From Holosporales bacterium (GTDB taxonomy: Bacteria; Pseudomonadota; Alphaproteobacteria; UBA3830; JAIRWN01): a DNA stretch of 64,000 nt. The notes beneath the pieces are model-generated. The model ran no database searches and was not told the origin of the DNA. It saw only the letters and a program-made list of their open reading frames with translations. How positions within the stretch are numbered: the first letter of the stretch is position 1; each line of letters opens with the position of its first letter. Below are positions 49,253 to 60,244 of this stretch, piece by piece. The position numbers and the translations under genes are program-made. Where the stretch lies: positions 20,485-84,484 of the forward strand of contig JAIRWN010000030.1 of the NCBI GenBank assembly GCA_031268985.1, given 5' to 3'.

Positions 49253-49765
49253 TTAACCTTTACTGGAGTAAGCCCCAAAAACACGCGCTAACTGTTCGGC
49301 AGGGGCACACAAAACAGCAGCAATTTTCTGCGCAGGAGCAGAAATAACCCCAATAATTCTGGCTCTTAGTTCATCAACCGACGGCAATAAGGCCAAAACT
49401 TTTAACTCGGCTGCAGAAAGCACACTGCCATCCATACAACCGGCAACAATTTCAAACTTTTCTTCAAACTCTTTAGCGAACTCAAACGCGATTTTTGCAG
49501 CAGCAATCGGGGATTGAGAGACGGCGAGAGCCGTTTGTCCCTTGAAAAAGTCGACTATGGGGCTAAACTTAGTCTCAGCCAAAGCTATCCTGGCAAGAGT
49601 ATTTTTCAGCACAACGTAAGAAGCTTCAGCAAAACGCATTTTATTCCTTAGACTGATCGCATCAGAGACTGTCAGCCCATTGTATTTTACCAACACGGCA
49701 AGCGTAGCGTCGGATGAAATTTTCTTAAGTTTATCTACGAACTGTTGTTTTTGGACACGATCCAT
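49253..49765 (-). CDS. rplJ: 50S ribosomal protein L10
   Basis: Position and sequence: VLVKYNGLTVSDAISLRNKMR...VLKNTLARIAL. Confidence 0.95.
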   Translation of the reverse strand: MDRVQKQQFVDKLKKISSDATLAVLVKYNGLTVSDAISLRNKMRFAEASYVVLKNTLARIALAETKFSPIVDFFKGQTALAVSQSPIAAAKIAFEFAKEFEEKFEIVAGCMDGSVLSAAELKVLALLPSVDELRARIIGVISAPAQKIAAVLCAPAEQLARVFGAYSSKG

Positions 49766-49953
49766 TTCCTCTCCTCTTTAACGCAACACTAAAGAGAGCT
49801 TATCAAAGACTTTACTGAGAAGGAAACAAAACTCCCATCTGCGCTGGAAATTAAGCTCGCGACACCAGCGGTCTTCGACAGATTTCTCTTTAACCACAAA
49901 CCAACGTCTCTCGATCAAATCGAGAAAACACATTGCTTTAGTATTTGGGGATA

Positions 49954-50649
49954 TTACGCTGCGATACTGGCAATGTCAATACTTATACCGACCCCCATAG
50001 TAGTCGAAACGGTTACTTTTTTCAAGTAAGAGCCTTTAACTCCAGCGGGTTTAGCTTTTAGTATCGCACTCAAAAATGCCTTAACATTGTTCTCAATGGC
50101 CGAAGCATTAAAGCTCAGCTTACATATGCCCGCATGAATAATTCCGGCTTTTTCGAGCTTATACTCAACCTGTCCGTTTTTTGCAGACTTAACCGCGGAA
50201 GCGATATCCTGGGTTACTGTACCAAGCTTTGGGTTCGGCATCAGTCCTTTTGGCCCCAAGGCCTTTCCAAGTTTTCCAACTATGCCCATCATATCCGGCG
50301 AAGCGATACAAACATCAAAATCTATTTTGCCGCCGGAGACAGTTTCTGCAAGATCCTCGGCGCCAATAAGATCTGCCCCGGCCGATCTTGCTTCGTCGAT
50401 CTTTGCTCCTCTGGCAAAAACTGCAACTCGAACATTTTTACCGGTACCATTCGGCATCACAACCATTCCACGTATGCTCTGATCTGTCTTACGCGCGTCC
50501 ACGTTCAAGTTGACGGCTATATCAATAGTTTCATCGAACTTGCAAACAGGCGTCTTTTTTAATGCAGAAATCGCTTCAGATAAGCTGTAGAATCGGCTCA
50601 AATCAATCGATTCGTGAATTTTTTTTAATCTTTTGCCAAGTTTTGCCAT
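49954..50649 (-). CDS. rplA: 50S ribosomal protein L1
   Basis: [24 protein letters not shown] and [21 protein letters not shown]. Confidence 0.95.
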   Translation of the reverse strand: MAKLGKRLKKIHESIDLSRFYSLSEAISALKKTPVCKFDETIDIAVNLNVDARKTDQSIRGMVVMPNGTGKNVRVAVFARGAKIDEARSAGADLIGAEDLAETVSGGKIDFDVCIASPDMMGIVGKLGKALGPKGLMPNPKLGTVTQDIASAVKSAKNGQVEYKLEKAGIIHAGICKLSFNASAIENNVKAFLSAILKAKPAGVKGSYLKKVTVSTTMGVGISIDIASIAA

Positions 50650-50650
50650 T

Positions 50651-51079
50651 TCAACTTTTTACCTCCAGACTCATGGAGCGCGCTGATCCTTCAATCATGC
50701 GCATTGCCGCTCCTTCGTCATTAGCGTTCAGATCCGACTTCTTAAGACGAGCTATTTCTCTTATTTGGTCGGATGTAACGCTGCCCACAAAGCTACGTCC
50801 AGGGTTGCTGGCCCCTTTCTCGATTTTTGCCATCTTTTTAAGAAAATAAGTCGCAGGCGGCTTTTTCATCACAAATGAAAAAGTTTTGTCCACATAAGCC
50901 GTTATTATAACCGGGATAGGCGTATCCGCTTCCATACTCTGTGTCTGAGCATTAAAAGCCTTACAAAATTCCATAATGTTCAAGCCGCGTTGTCCTAAAG
51001 CCGGACCAACCGGAGGAGAAGGGTTTGCTTTCCCTGCCGGAATTTGTAATTTTATATAACCGACAATCTTTTTAGCCAT
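50651..51079 (-). CDS. rplK: 50S ribosomal protein L11
   Basis: [35 protein letters not shown]. Confidence 0.97.
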   Translation of the reverse strand: MAKKIVGYIKLQIPAGKANPSPPVGPALGQRGLNIMEFCKAFNAQTQSMEADTPIPVIITAYVDKTFSFVMKKPPATYFLKKMAKIEKGASNPGRSFVGSVTSDQIREIARLKKSDLNANDEGAAMRMIEGSARSMSLEVKS

Positions 51080-51195
51080 TTGTCAGAACACCTTACACCT
51101 TATTAAACCAACAGACCTTTAATTCAATAACGCTTCCCGAAAAGTCGTATCACACAGCGTCTGGATTTGCAACAAAGTTACAATACAAATTATAG

Positions 51196-51720
51196 CTAAG
51201 TTTTTTCAACCTGATAAAACCCGAGATCCACATTGGTAGGTCTTCCAAATATAGAAACCGACACTTTCATACGCTCTTTTTCTTGATCAACTTCCTCTAC
51301 TATCCCGTTAAAGGTATTAAACGGCCCTTCGCAGACGCGAATCTTCTCCCCGATCTCGAACACGATCGTATTCCTTGGATTAGATACGCTCTCAGCCACG
51401 TGGTCTAGAATACGATCAACCTCTGTTGAGGTAATTGGCGTAGGTTTGACCTTGGATCCAAGAAATCCTCCGACTTTTGGCACTGTTTTTACCAAGTGCC
51501 AATTTTCATCGTTCATTTCCATTTCTACAAGGATATATCCCGGATAGAAGCATCTCTCAGTCGAAACCTTCATTCCGCGCTTTACCTCAATAACATCTTC
51601 CGAAGGAACAAGCATCTGGCCAAAAAAAGACTCCAGACCTTTATTTTTGGCACGCTCACGAACACTTTCGACGACCTTTTTCTCAAAGCCGGAATAAACG
51701 TTCAAAACATACCAACGCAT
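51196..51720 (-). CDS. nusG: Transcription termination/antitermination factor NusG
   Basis: RWYVLNVYSGFEKKV, FPGYILVEM, and the KOW segment GEKIRVCEGPFNTFNGIVEEVD. Confidence 0.95.
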   Translation of the reverse strand: MRWYVLNVYSGFEKKVVESVRERAKNKGLESFFGQMLVPSEDVIEVKRGMKVSTERCFYPGYILVEMEMNDENWHLVKTVPKVGGFLGSKVKPTPITSTEVDRILDHVAESVSNPRNTIVFEIGEKIRVCEGPFNTFNGIVEEVDQEKERMKVSVSIFGRPTNVDLGFYQVEKT

Positions 51721-51726
51721 GGATTT

Positions 51727-51924
51727 TTATACCTCTAAGCCCACAAGTTTTTTGATCACGCTATATATGACCATGTCTGAAGCTGTAAAAAACAACATAG
51801 CAATAAAAACCATCACGAACACGCCGATAGCCGTAGAGACGGTCTCTTGTTTGCTAGGCCAGGTCACACGTCCTATTTCGGCGCGAACTTCTCTTATAAA
51901 TTTTGCTGGATTAATGTTTATCAT
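51727..51924 (-). CDS. secE: Preprotein translocase subunit SecE
   Basis: FIREVRAEIGRVTWPSKQE followed by a single TM. Sits between tRNA-Trp and nusG. Confidence 0.85.
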   Translation of the reverse strand: MININPAKFIREVRAEIGRVTWPSKQETVSTAIGVFVMVFIAMLFFTASDMVIYSVIKKLVGLEV

Positions 51925-51964
51925 ATCCGTCTATAATACAAAACTAACAAATCGCACACAAGCC

Positions 51965-52041
51965 TGGCAGGGGCGGAAGGACTCGAACCCACAACCTGCG
52001 GTTTTGGAGACCGCTGCTCTAGCCAATTGCGCTACACCCCT
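51965..52041 (-). tRNA. tRNA-Trp (anticodon CCA), CCA encoded
   Basis: The reverse complement reads AGGGGTGTAGCGCAATTGGCTAGAGCAGCGGTCTCCAAAACCGCAGGTTGTGGGTTCGAGTCCTTCCGCCCCTGCCA. Anticodon loop is CTCCAAA. Confidence 0.9.
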
Positions 52042-52112
52042 TCAACTTTCTTGCAGAGCAAGTTTATGAAAAACGGGCGCGTTTGTAAAGTCTGAATGGT
52101 CAAATAGTATTT

Positions 52113-52410
52113 TTGGGTTGTTTATGTCGAATGCGACTCAAATCCGCCCACTGCATGGCTTGGGGCGACGAATTCGTCTACTCGAAGACGTTATATGAGC
52201 GTGCGCCCCACATTGGAGACCGCATCATTTATGACAAAGACATGCCGCTCTATATCGCCATTGACCAGGGACACAGCGATTTGTTCGCATGCTGGTTCTT
52301 CCAAGTTAAGGAAATGAGTTATTACTTTGTAGATTACTACGAAGCCAAGGGAAAGGTAGTGTCCGAGAATATCAGCGCCATTAAGTCGTTCGGTTATCCA
52401 ATAGCCGGCT
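52113..52410 (+). pseudogene. Fragment of a phage/GTA terminase large subunit (start of the RNase-H-like nuclease domain only)
   Basis: PLYIAIDQGHSDLFACWFFQVKEMSYYFVDYYEAKGKVVSENISAIKSFGY matches, from memory, the pattern I-x-I/G-D-x-G...W-F-Q...Y-Y-E-x-x-G...G-Y of TerL C-domains. There is no ATPase domain upstream, and the ORF decays into Lys-rich sequence after about aa 97. Confidence 0.5.
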
Positions 52411-52925
52411 CAAAATGGAAAAAGAGATGGAAAAAGAATTTGGATACTGCTTGTTTAAAGATGAAGAGGAAGCCTACAAAAAAGATAAACGAAAGGACTT
52501 TTCGACAATAGAAAAAAGAATTCCGCTGGCGTTTTTCTCGATGTACTCTTGGAAGCTGTTCTTGTTGTTGATGAAATATTATTGAACGGGCGTAATTCAT
52601 TAAAGGAAAATTCAGCAAAATCATAATATGCTGTTTTGAGGCGCAAGTCCGTCCTCTTCACCCGATCTCCATTATGAGTAGGCAATCAGTAAATTTTTCT
52701 ATTTCTAATCTGCGAAATCGGAGTAGGGCGACAGCGTAGTAGTTAAAAAAGAGCCTACGTTGAAAGACAAAATAAATGTAGCGCTGAAATTTTGGAAGCC
52801 AAACGGAAAACACAGAAATTAAAAGAAAAGAGGATAAAATAATATCAAACATATTGTTTGTCGCATCAGAAATCCCAACCACATTGGGACTCCCGGACTG
52901 CAGTATAGCTCTCGGCAGTACGGCT

Positions 52926-53360
52926 TTAGGTATTATGATGATGCCTTGGGATTTTTTTGGTTGGCCACGGCTCATGTGCATCCGCTAGATATATGCTGGG
53001 AGTATCGCAATTTACAACCAACTCAAACCCGCCGGAGAATATGAACCTCATTTTACCACGATCGAAACTTATTGTAAGGAGCGAAAATATGGAAGGATAG
53101 TGCGTAGGTTGAATTCTGCGATTTGTTCTTACCTTAGCCACGTTCGGGATATGTACGCCGCAATAAGATCTGCTGTATATTTTTTCATTTTTCCGCTCAT
53201 CGCCGATTGCCGGACCTGCTTCCCAACAAAATCTGTTAACAAGCATATGCAATTCATTTTTATTAGCCTCATAATGCATAAACATTGGATTAAAAATGGA
53301 ATCTTGCAACAAAGACGACATAACCGTCATATCGTCGAGGCATACCGCCTTTATGTTCAT
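52926..53360 (-). CDS. DUF2948-family conserved alphaproteobacterial protein
   Basis: From Met11: MNIKAVCLDDMTVMSSLLQDSIF...LVNRFCWE...FSLLTISF...PWPT, matching the family pattern as I recall it. Confidence 0.65.
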   Translation of the reverse strand: MNIKAVCLDDMTVMSSLLQDSIFNPMFMHYEANKNELHMLVNRFCWEAGPAIGDERKNEKIYSRSYCGVHIPNVAKVRTNRRIQPTHYPSIFSLLTISFDRGKMRFIFSGGFELVVNCDTPSIYLADAHEPWPTKKIPRHHHNT

Positions 53361-53549
53361 AATATGCATCCATACAAATCGTATTTCCATGATATCGCAA
53401 TATGTTAAAGATTTGATTAAACCTAAACGTAATCTTTTTGTATTGCGGAAAGCAGATAATTTAAGAGCGCCAATTTAAATTAATTGCGCGATCGTAAAAG
53501 CGCCCCATATATAAACGGTAATAAGCGTTGTAATAATTAGGCGACCATC

Positions 53550-53951
53550 ATGAACTGGCAATTATTTTTTGACAAAATTTTTGAAGACGTGCTTAGTCTT
53601 ATGGAAGAAGTATACGATTACATAAAATGGCAAGAACCAATTGATAGCATGCTAATGAAGCGTGATAGCGAGCGCGATTGCTTGAACTGCGAAACAGCAA
53701 AAATGTCAGTTTGTCTTATACGAATCATGGCATGGCTGATGGCGCGCCGCGCAGTAATGGCCGGAGAAATGCAAAGAAAGTGTGCGGGGAAATATATGGG
53801 CGAGCGGCCGTTAACGTTTCTGGTGGAATACGCCTCTATTCCAAAGTTTATGCCAAAACAAGTCCTGCTTCTTTCAAGAAAAGTATTGAACATGTACAAA
53901 CGCATAAACAGACTTAGCAAAATAGCAATCGCCGTAGAAAAAGTGTGCTAG
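53550..53951 (+). CDS. rcdA: DUF1465 / RcdA-like protein (regulator of CtrA degradation family)
   Basis: ETAKMSVCLIRIMAWLMARRAVMAGEM parallels the E..R.T.RLMQ..WLL..RAV..GEM core of RcdA. Confidence 0.6.
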   Translation: MNWQLFFDKIFEDVLSLMEEVYDYIKWQEPIDSMLMKRDSERDCLNCETAKMSVCLIRIMAWLMARRAVMAGEMQRKCAGKYMGERPLTFLVEYASIPKFMPKQVLLLSRKVLNMYKRINRLSKIAIAVEKVC

Positions 53952-54057
53952 TCGCTTTGTCAAATAAGGATGCGCAAAACCAATTGATTCTTCATGTAAT
54001 AGTGGTTTTTTTAACGCTTACATAGTATAATTCGCCTTCGTATATCGCGAGGCTTGT

Positions 54058-56682
54058 ATGTTTTTGATAGATTCTATAAAGAAGTTAGTGGGCTCTCGCA
54101 ATGAGCGCATTGTAAAGCAGCACAGGCAAACAGTCAAACAAATCAACGTTCTGGAGCCGGAAATATCTAGACTTAATGACGATGATCTAAAAAACAAAAC
54201 AGCCGAATTTAAAAAACGTCTCGAAAATGGCGAGACTTTAGAAAACCTTTTGCCGGAAGCTTTTGCCGTTGTAAGAGAAGCGTCTGTCAGGACGCTTGGG
54301 ATGAGGCCGTTTGATGTCCAGCTTATTGGAGGAATGGTTTTGCACGAAGGGAAAGTGGCCGAGATGAAGACTGGCGAAGGAAAAACTCTTGTTGCCACTT
54401 TGCCCGTATATCTTAATGCTTTGGCAGGAAATGGCGTGCACGTAGTTACTGTGAACGATTATCTGGCAAAAAGAGACGCTCAATGGATGGGAAAAATTTA
54501 TGAGTTTTTGGGGCTGAGTGTGGGGGTTATTGTAAACAGTCTCGACGACCCTCAGCGGCGAGACGCTTATAACGCTGATATAACATATGCCACCAATAAC
54601 GAATTAGGGTTCGATTATTTGCGCGATAACATGAAGTTTTACAAAGATGAATTTGTGCAAAGACCTTTTCACTACGCTATTGTCGATGAAGTCGACAGTA
54701 TATTAATAGACGAAGCCAGAACGCCGCTCATAATCTCGGGACAGGCGGAGGATTCCACAGAGCTGTATAGGCGCGTCGATAAACTGATACCGCAGCTTTT
54801 GCAGTCTGACTATGAAATAGACCTCAAACAACGGCAGGTTACTCTTACTGAAACCGGAAACGCTCATATAGAAGAAATCTTCAAAAGCAGCGGATTGCTT
54901 AAATCGGATAACCTTTATGATTTCAGCAATATGGCTATGGTCCATCACATGCATCAAGCGCTTAAGGCGCATTTTCTGTTCCGTGAGAACGTGGACTATA
55001 TCGTAAAAGACGGCCAGATTATAATTATTGATGAGTTCACTGGGCGCATGATGGAGGGACGAAGGTATTCAGAAGGATTGCATCAAGCCCTTGAGGCAAA
55101 AGAAAACGTCCATGTGCAGATGGAAAATCAGACTTTAGCCTCTATAACCTTCCAGAACTTTTTCCGCATGTATCCAAAACTTGCCGGTATGACAGGCACG
55201 GCGGAAACAGAAGCCGCAGAGCTGATGAGCATATATAAACTTGATACGATTGTAGTCCCTACAAATGTTCCGATTCAGCGCAAAGACTTGGATGACGAGA
55301 TATACCGTACTGAGGCCGAAAAGTTTGAGGCTATAGTTAACCTGGTAAAGGGATGTCTGGCGCGCGGACAGCCTGCGCTTATTGGAACGACAAGTATTGA
55401 AAAATCAGAACAATTGTCCGAGCATCTGAAGAAAAATGGGATAAAACACAACGTTTTGAACGCTCGTTATCATGAAATGGAGGCTCAGATAATTGCAGAA
55501 GCCGGTCGACCAGGCGCCGTGACAATTGCAACAAATATGGCAGGAAGAGGAACCGACATAAAACTTGGCGGAAATCTAGAGGCCAGAATAAACACCGAAC
55601 TTGCGGGAATAGAAGATGCAAAAATAATAAGCGAAAAAACAAAGCTGTTTACTGCGGAGCTTGAGCGCGATTTTGAAATAGTTAAACAGGCGGGCGGTCT
55701 TTACATAATCGGCACGGAACGTCACGAAAGCCGAAGAATTGACAACCAATTGCGCGGCAGATCCGGCAGACAAGGCGATCCGGGGGGGTCGAAATTTTTC
55801 TTGTCTCTTCAAGACGACTTGATGAGAATATTTGGCTCAGGCAAGTTGGATAAAATGTTGCTGCGGCTTGGGCTTGAAGAAGGCGAGGCCATTGCCCATC
55901 CGTGGGTTAACAAAGCTATTGAAAAGGCGCAAGGACGCGTTGAGGCAAGAAACTATGATATACGAAAACACCTGCTTAAGTATGACGACGTGATGAATGA
56001 ACAACGAAAGGTGATTTACACCCAGCGTAAAGATCTAATCCTTAACAGTGATCCTGAGGCCTTAAAGGCGGAAATAGCTGATATGCGCGCAGAAATAATA
56101 AATAACGTTATAGAAAAACATGTGCCGGATTCGACTACGACAGATCAATGGAATCTCTCTGGCCTTGCCGAAGATTTTAACGATATTTTTGGCGTATCAA
56201 TGGACTTTTCGTCGTGGCAGGAAAAGCAAGGAATATCTCGAGACGTTGTGCGCGAACAGTTAACTGATTCGGCGGAGCGCGCGTTCAAGGAAAAAGAAGA
56301 CAAATATACTCCCGAAGTGATGTGCCAAATTGAAAAATCAGTGATGCTTCAAATTATCGACAAACACTGGAAAGAGCACTTGTTAAGCCTAGATTGGTTA
56401 CGCCAAGGCATTAATCTTCGAGCATACGGACAAAGGGATCCCCTTAATGAGTACAAAACTGAGGCTTTCAATCTATTCGAGCTGATGTCAAACGCTATAC
56501 GCGCAGAGGCCATACGCGTCATCAGCAAGATAGAATTGTCTGATGCCAATAACTTTAATGCACGTGAGAAAGTGATTGACGAAGATGTTAGTGCTACTGA
56601 TCTAAAACCGAGCATATCGAGAAATTCCTTATGTCATTGCGGAAGCGGCAGAAAATATAAACACTGCCACGGGAAGATTTAA
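54058..56682 (+). CDS. secA: Preprotein translocase ATPase SecA
   Basis: [46 protein letters not shown], and the C-terminal zinc motif [14 protein letters not shown]. Confidence 0.97.
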   Translation: MFLIDSIKKLVGSRNERIVKQHRQTVKQINVLEPEISRLNDDDLKNKTAEFKKRLENGETLENLLPEAFAVVREASVRTLGMRPFDVQLIGGMVLHEGKVAEMKTGEGKTLVATLPVYLNALAGNGVHVVTVNDYLAKRDAQWMGKIYEFLGLSVGVIVNSLDDPQRRDAYNADITYATNNELGFDYLRDNMKFYKDEFVQRPFHYAIVDEVDSILIDEARTPLIISGQAEDSTELYRRVDKLIPQLLQSDYEIDLKQRQVTLTETGNAHIEEIFKSSGLLKSDNLYDFSNMAMVHHMHQALKAHFLFRENVDYIVKDGQIIIIDEFTGRMMEGRRYSEGLHQALEAKENVHVQMENQTLASITFQNFFRMYPKLAGMTGTAETEAAELMSIYKLDTIVVPTNVPIQRKDLDDEIYRTEAEKFEAIVNLVKGCLARGQPALIGTTSIEKSEQLSEHLKKNGIKHNVLNARYHEMEAQIIAEAGRPGAVTIATNMAGRGTDIKLGGNLEARINTELAGIEDAKIISEKTKLFTAELERDFEIVKQAGGLYIIGTERHESRRIDNQLRGRSGRQGDPGGSKFFLSLQDDLMRIFGSGKLDKMLLRLGLEEGEAIAHPWVNKAIEKAQGRVEARNYDIRKHLLKYDDVMNEQRKVIYTQRKDLILNSDPEALKAEIADMRAEIINNVIEKHVPDSTTTDQWNLSGLAEDFNDIFGVSMDFSSWQEKQGISRDVVREQLTDSAERAFKEKEDKYTPEVMCQIEKSVMLQIIDKHWKEHLLSLDWLRQGINLRAYGQRDPLNEYKTEAFNLFELMSNAIRAEAIRVISKIELSDANNFNAREKVIDEDVSATDLKPSISRNSLCHCGSGRKYKHCHGKI

Positions 56683-57302
56683 TCAGAACCGCTCACATTA
56701 AAACTTCGTCTGTGGTATTTGCTCAATCCAAATTTATGGATTGCAGTTCGATGCTCTTTCGTTCCGTATCCTGCATTACGATACCAACCATACTGGGGGA
56801 ATTCAGTTGATAGCTGCTCCATGAGAGAATCTCTGTATACTTTTGCTATTATCGATGCTGCAGCTATCGATATGCTTATTCTATCGCCGCCGATTACTGC
56901 CAATGACGGACAAGGGACGTTTGGCGTTTTATTGCCGTCAACAATAACTTTATCAACAAGAATGCTCATCCCTTCATAAGCTCTTTTCATGGCGACCATA
57001 GTGGCTTGAAGGATATTTATCTCGTCTATTTCGGTAGCACTGGCTGTTCCGATAGAGTATTTGACACATTCTTTTGAAAGAAAAGACAGTTTTTTCGCTA
57101 ATTCTTCTCTACGTTTTTTTGGAATGAGTTTTGAATCGTTTACCTGCAACAGCAAGGCTTGATCTACGCTCTTAGGATCAATCCAAAATGCGCACGCGAC
57201 AACAGGTCCGGCTAAAGCTCCACGGCCAACCTCGTCGATGCCTGCAACCAGACCGCCCATGCTTTGTTCAATCGAATAATCAGGTATAATTGACCGCGTC
57301 AA
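56679..57302 (-). CDS. rnhB: Ribonuclease HII
   Basis: [29 protein letters not shown], and [10 protein letters not shown]. Confidence 0.9.
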   Translation of the reverse strand: MTRSIIPDYSIEQSMGGLVAGIDEVGRGALAGPVVACAFWIDPKSVDQALLLQVNDSKLIPKKRREELAKKLSFLSKECVKYSIGTASATEIDEINILQATMVAMKRAYEGMSILVDKVIVDGNKTPNVPCPSLAVIGGDRISISIAAASIIAKVYRDSLMEQLSTEFPQYGWYRNAGYGTKEHRTAIHKFGLSKYHRRSFNVSGSD

Positions 57303-58056
57303 TACGTTGTTTAATTTTTAAAAGATCGGCCCAAGCCCACGCTTTCTGCCCGGGCGACCGCAATAAATATGCCGGATGAAATATCACCATAGCATCCGCC
57401 GAAAATCCGCTTGCTTCAATTTTGAAGTCAAGCCATTTGCCGCGCATTCTCATTACGCCGTCAGATCTGTCAAACAGCGCTTTAGCCGAAGTTCCTCCAA
57501 CACAGACGACTATTTTAGGAGCAACAAGCTCAATATGCCTGTGGACAAATGGCAAAAACATAGAAATTTCTTCAATCGTAGGAGTTCTGTTACCCGGCGG
57601 ACGCCATGGAACAATGTTGCTTATATAGACGCTCGTTCGGTCGAGCTCTATCGATTTAAGCATTTTATCGAGCAGTTGCCCGCTTAATCCAACGAAAGGC
57701 TTGCCTAAGCGATCTTCATCTGCGCCTGGCGCTTCTCCTATTAGCATTATATTTGCCGCAGGATTACCGTCTGCAAACACAAGATTTTGCGCTGTTAGTT
57801 TCAATGGCGACAAATTAAAGTCTGCTAAAAATTGACGCAATTGATCTAAGGTCTGCGCTTCTCGCACATTTTTTAAATAGCCGTCTTGTGTTGGCAACTT
57901 TTGAATCCTAGGGTTCGTCGCTCCGGAACTATGATCTTCTGCAGGCGCAACCAGCCTCTCAAGACGACTGGCGTTCAACACGATATCATTGATACCGGCG
58001 CAGGCGCACCATTCAAGAATTTCTCTTTTTAGTCGAATGTTTTCAAGCGCCGACAC
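57280..58056 (-). CDS. Uracil-DNA glycosylase, family 4
   Basis: IGEAPGADEDRLGKPFVGLSGQLLDKML and the C-terminal HPAYLLR. Confidence 0.85.
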   Translation of the reverse strand: MSALENIRLKREILEWCACAGINDIVLNASRLERLVAPAEDHSSGATNPRIQKLPTQDGYLKNVREAQTLDQLRQFLADFNLSPLKLTAQNLVFADGNPAANIMLIGEAPGADEDRLGKPFVGLSGQLLDKMLKSIELDRTSVYISNIVPWRPPGNRTPTIEEISMFLPFVHRHIELVAPKIVVCVGGTSAKALFDRSDGVMRMRGKWLDFKIEASGFSADAMVIFHPAYLLRSPGQKAWAWADLLKIKQRIDAVNYT

Positions 58057-58130
58057 ATTTAATACGTATACTAACCAAATCCAAGCGCAATCGCCAAACT
58101 AATACATTTTATCTTCTTAAGGCCGCTGTT

Positions 58131-59816
58131 CTACGCTTTATCACGATTTATAGCGCTGCCCAGGATGTCCTCAAGGCTGGCTCCGCTATCAACAGATCCA
58201 TATTCAGCCATGGCCTTCTTTTCTTCTTCTACTTCAAGCGCGCGAATGGACAACAAGAACCGCCTGGTCAATTTGTCGACGGAAATTATCTTTGCATCAA
58301 ACTTTTCGCCAATTGCGAACCTGTCCAAACGTCTGTCTTGGCGGTCTTTTGACATCTCCATCTTCTTTATTGTCCCGACCATACCGCCGCCAAATTCAAC
58401 CTCTACCTTGCCGTCCAAAGTTTTTAGGACAGAGCATGTTACGACCGAACCCCGACCCATCTTTTCCAAGGTCTCTTTGTAAGGATCTTCGGAAAGTTGT
58501 TTAACTCCAAGCGAAACCCTGCCTTTCTCAGGATCGATTTCAAGAACCCTTACCTTTATAACATCGCCACGTTTATAAGCCTTGACGGCCTCTTCTCCCG
58601 GGCGATTCCAAGACAAGTCATTGATATGAGCCATACCGTCTACGTCTTTTGTGACTTTGATAAACAACCCAAAATCCGTAATATTACTTATCTCACCTTC
58701 AAATTCAGTTCCAACTGGGAAGTCGTTTACAACTTTTTCCCAAGGATTCGGCTCAAGCTGTTTAATACCTAGTCCCATACGTCTTTTGGTTGCGTCAATG
58801 TCAAGGATCACTACATCTATTTTGTCGCCGCTCGAAGCAAACTTGTTCGGGTTGACGTTTTTCTTCCAGCTTATTTCATTAACATGAACTAACCCTTCGA
58901 CTCCTGGAGTCATTTCCACGAAAATACCGTAATCGGTGATATTGGTAACTTTTCCATTTACACGATCGCCAATTTTGAACGTAGCGTTTACGCTTTCCCA
59001 AGGATTCTCATCAAGCTGTTTCAAACCAAGAGATATTCTTTGGGTCTCTCGATTGAACTTTATTATCTTAACTTGAATTTTTTGTCCTATTCCCAAGATT
59101 TCCGATGGGTGAGAAACGCGGGTCCATGACATATCGCTGTTATGAAGTAAGCCGTCAATACCGCCTATGTCAACGAATGCGCCATAATTAGTGATATTTT
59201 TAACAACGCCCGTAATTATCTGTCCTTCACCAAGAGTAGATATCGCTTTGGCTCGCTCTTGCGCGCCTTCTTGCTCCATTACCGACCGTCTTGAAACCAC
59301 AATGTTACCGTACAAATTATCCATCTTCAGGATTCTAAACGGCTGCGGTATTCCGACCAAAGACGCCACGTCTCTTACAGGCCTCGTGTCAATTTGACTG
59401 CCTGGAAGAAAGGCCATAACCCCATTTATATCAACATTTAATCCACCTTTAGTTCGTCCGGTTATCACACCGGTAACCTGCCTGCTTTCCTCAAAAGCAT
59501 TTTTAAGATCGGCCCAAGACTCATCACGCACGGCTTTTTCTCGGCTCAAAACGACTTCGCCATTGCGATCTTCGTAACGATCCATAAAGACTCTCACGTT
59601 ATCTCCGATCTTAAGATCGTTTGCCCCATTTCCGCAGGAAAACTCTTTTAATGGGACTCTTCCGTCAGATTTGCATCCAACATCAATTAACGCAAAGTCG
59701 TTGTCGAATCCCTTTACCGTACCATTAATTACTGTGCCTTCACTGGGTATAGACTGTAAAGATTTTTCAAACAAATCAGCGAAACTTTCTTTAACAGTTT
59801 TATCTTCCGAAACCAT
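58131..59816 (-). CDS. rpsA: 30S ribosomal protein S1
   Basis: Six S1 repeats, for example GxVxxITDFGLFIKV and GxVKNITNYGAFVDIGG. Confidence 0.95.
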   Translation of the reverse strand: MVSEDKTVKESFADLFEKSLQSIPSEGTVINGTVKGFDNDFALIDVGCKSDGRVPLKEFSCGNGANDLKIGDNVRVFMDRYEDRNGEVVLSREKAVRDESWADLKNAFEESRQVTGVITGRTKGGLNVDINGVMAFLPGSQIDTRPVRDVASLVGIPQPFRILKMDNLYGNIVVSRRSVMEQEGAQERAKAISTLGEGQIITGVVKNITNYGAFVDIGGIDGLLHNSDMSWTRVSHPSEILGIGQKIQVKIIKFNRETQRISLGLKQLDENPWESVNATFKIGDRVNGKVTNITDYGIFVEMTPGVEGLVHVNEISWKKNVNPNKFASSGDKIDVVILDIDATKRRMGLGIKQLEPNPWEKVVNDFPVGTEFEGEISNITDFGLFIKVTKDVDGMAHINDLSWNRPGEEAVKAYKRGDVIKVRVLEIDPEKGRVSLGVKQLSEDPYKETLEKMGRGSVVTCSVLKTLDGKVEVEFGGGMVGTIKKMEMSKDRQDRRLDRFAIGEKFDAKIISVDKLTRRFLLSIRALEVEEEKKAMAEYGSVDSGASLEDILGSAINRDKA

Positions 59817-59970
59817 ATAATCCTTTATTTAAAAAACACCCCTAAGTTTATGTTCAACGTCGCAAGACTGATCAAACCACAACAAACATTAACCTGGAAC
59901 TTTAGGGATGAAGAAAACAATAAACCAAACCAACATTATCTCTAAGCCTTCGCTTAGACGAAAACCATAC

Positions 59971-60096
59971 CTACCCCTGACGAGCTTTAAACCTAGGGTT
60001 GGTTTTATTAATCACATACATCCTTCCGCGCCGTTTAACCAGCTGACAGTTCTTATGCCGCTTTTTTAAGGTCTTAAGCGAATTTGCAACCTTCAT
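59971..60096 (-). CDS. rpmJ: 50S ribosomal protein L36 (non-zinc, YkgO-like type)
   Basis: Hand translation: [41 protein letters not shown] (41 aa). It is below the ORF-track length cutoff. Confidence 0.85.
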   Translation of the reverse strand: MKVANSLKTLKKRHKNCQLVKRRGRMYVINKTNPRFKARQG

Positions 60097-60244
60097 ATTT
60101 TTGCCTCCACGAGCACACGCTATCTTGCGCTTTTACTTGAAAATCGCGGTTCTGTCAACTTTATTCAGAAATATTTTGAGGCATTTCCCCTTTCGTTTTA
60201 CCCAGAATTCAATGTATTATTTATATGCCATTCATCAAACAAGC

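Noticed and set aside
48845-49256. Long + strand ORFs (103 and 132 aa) antisense to rplL
   Set aside because: They lie entirely inside the well-supported rplL gene. Their Ala/Ser/Thr-rich low-complexity products are the mirror image of the Ala/Glu/Lys-rich L7/L12 codons. No independent signals support them.
49766-49953. The 188-nt rplA-rplJ spacer as an L10 leader
   Set aside because: The location fits the known autoregulatory leader, and hairpins exist (TCTCGAT-TTG-ATCGAGA; CGCTGG...CCAGCG). I cannot verify the kink-turn/L10-binding mimic by eye, so it is not reported as a feature.
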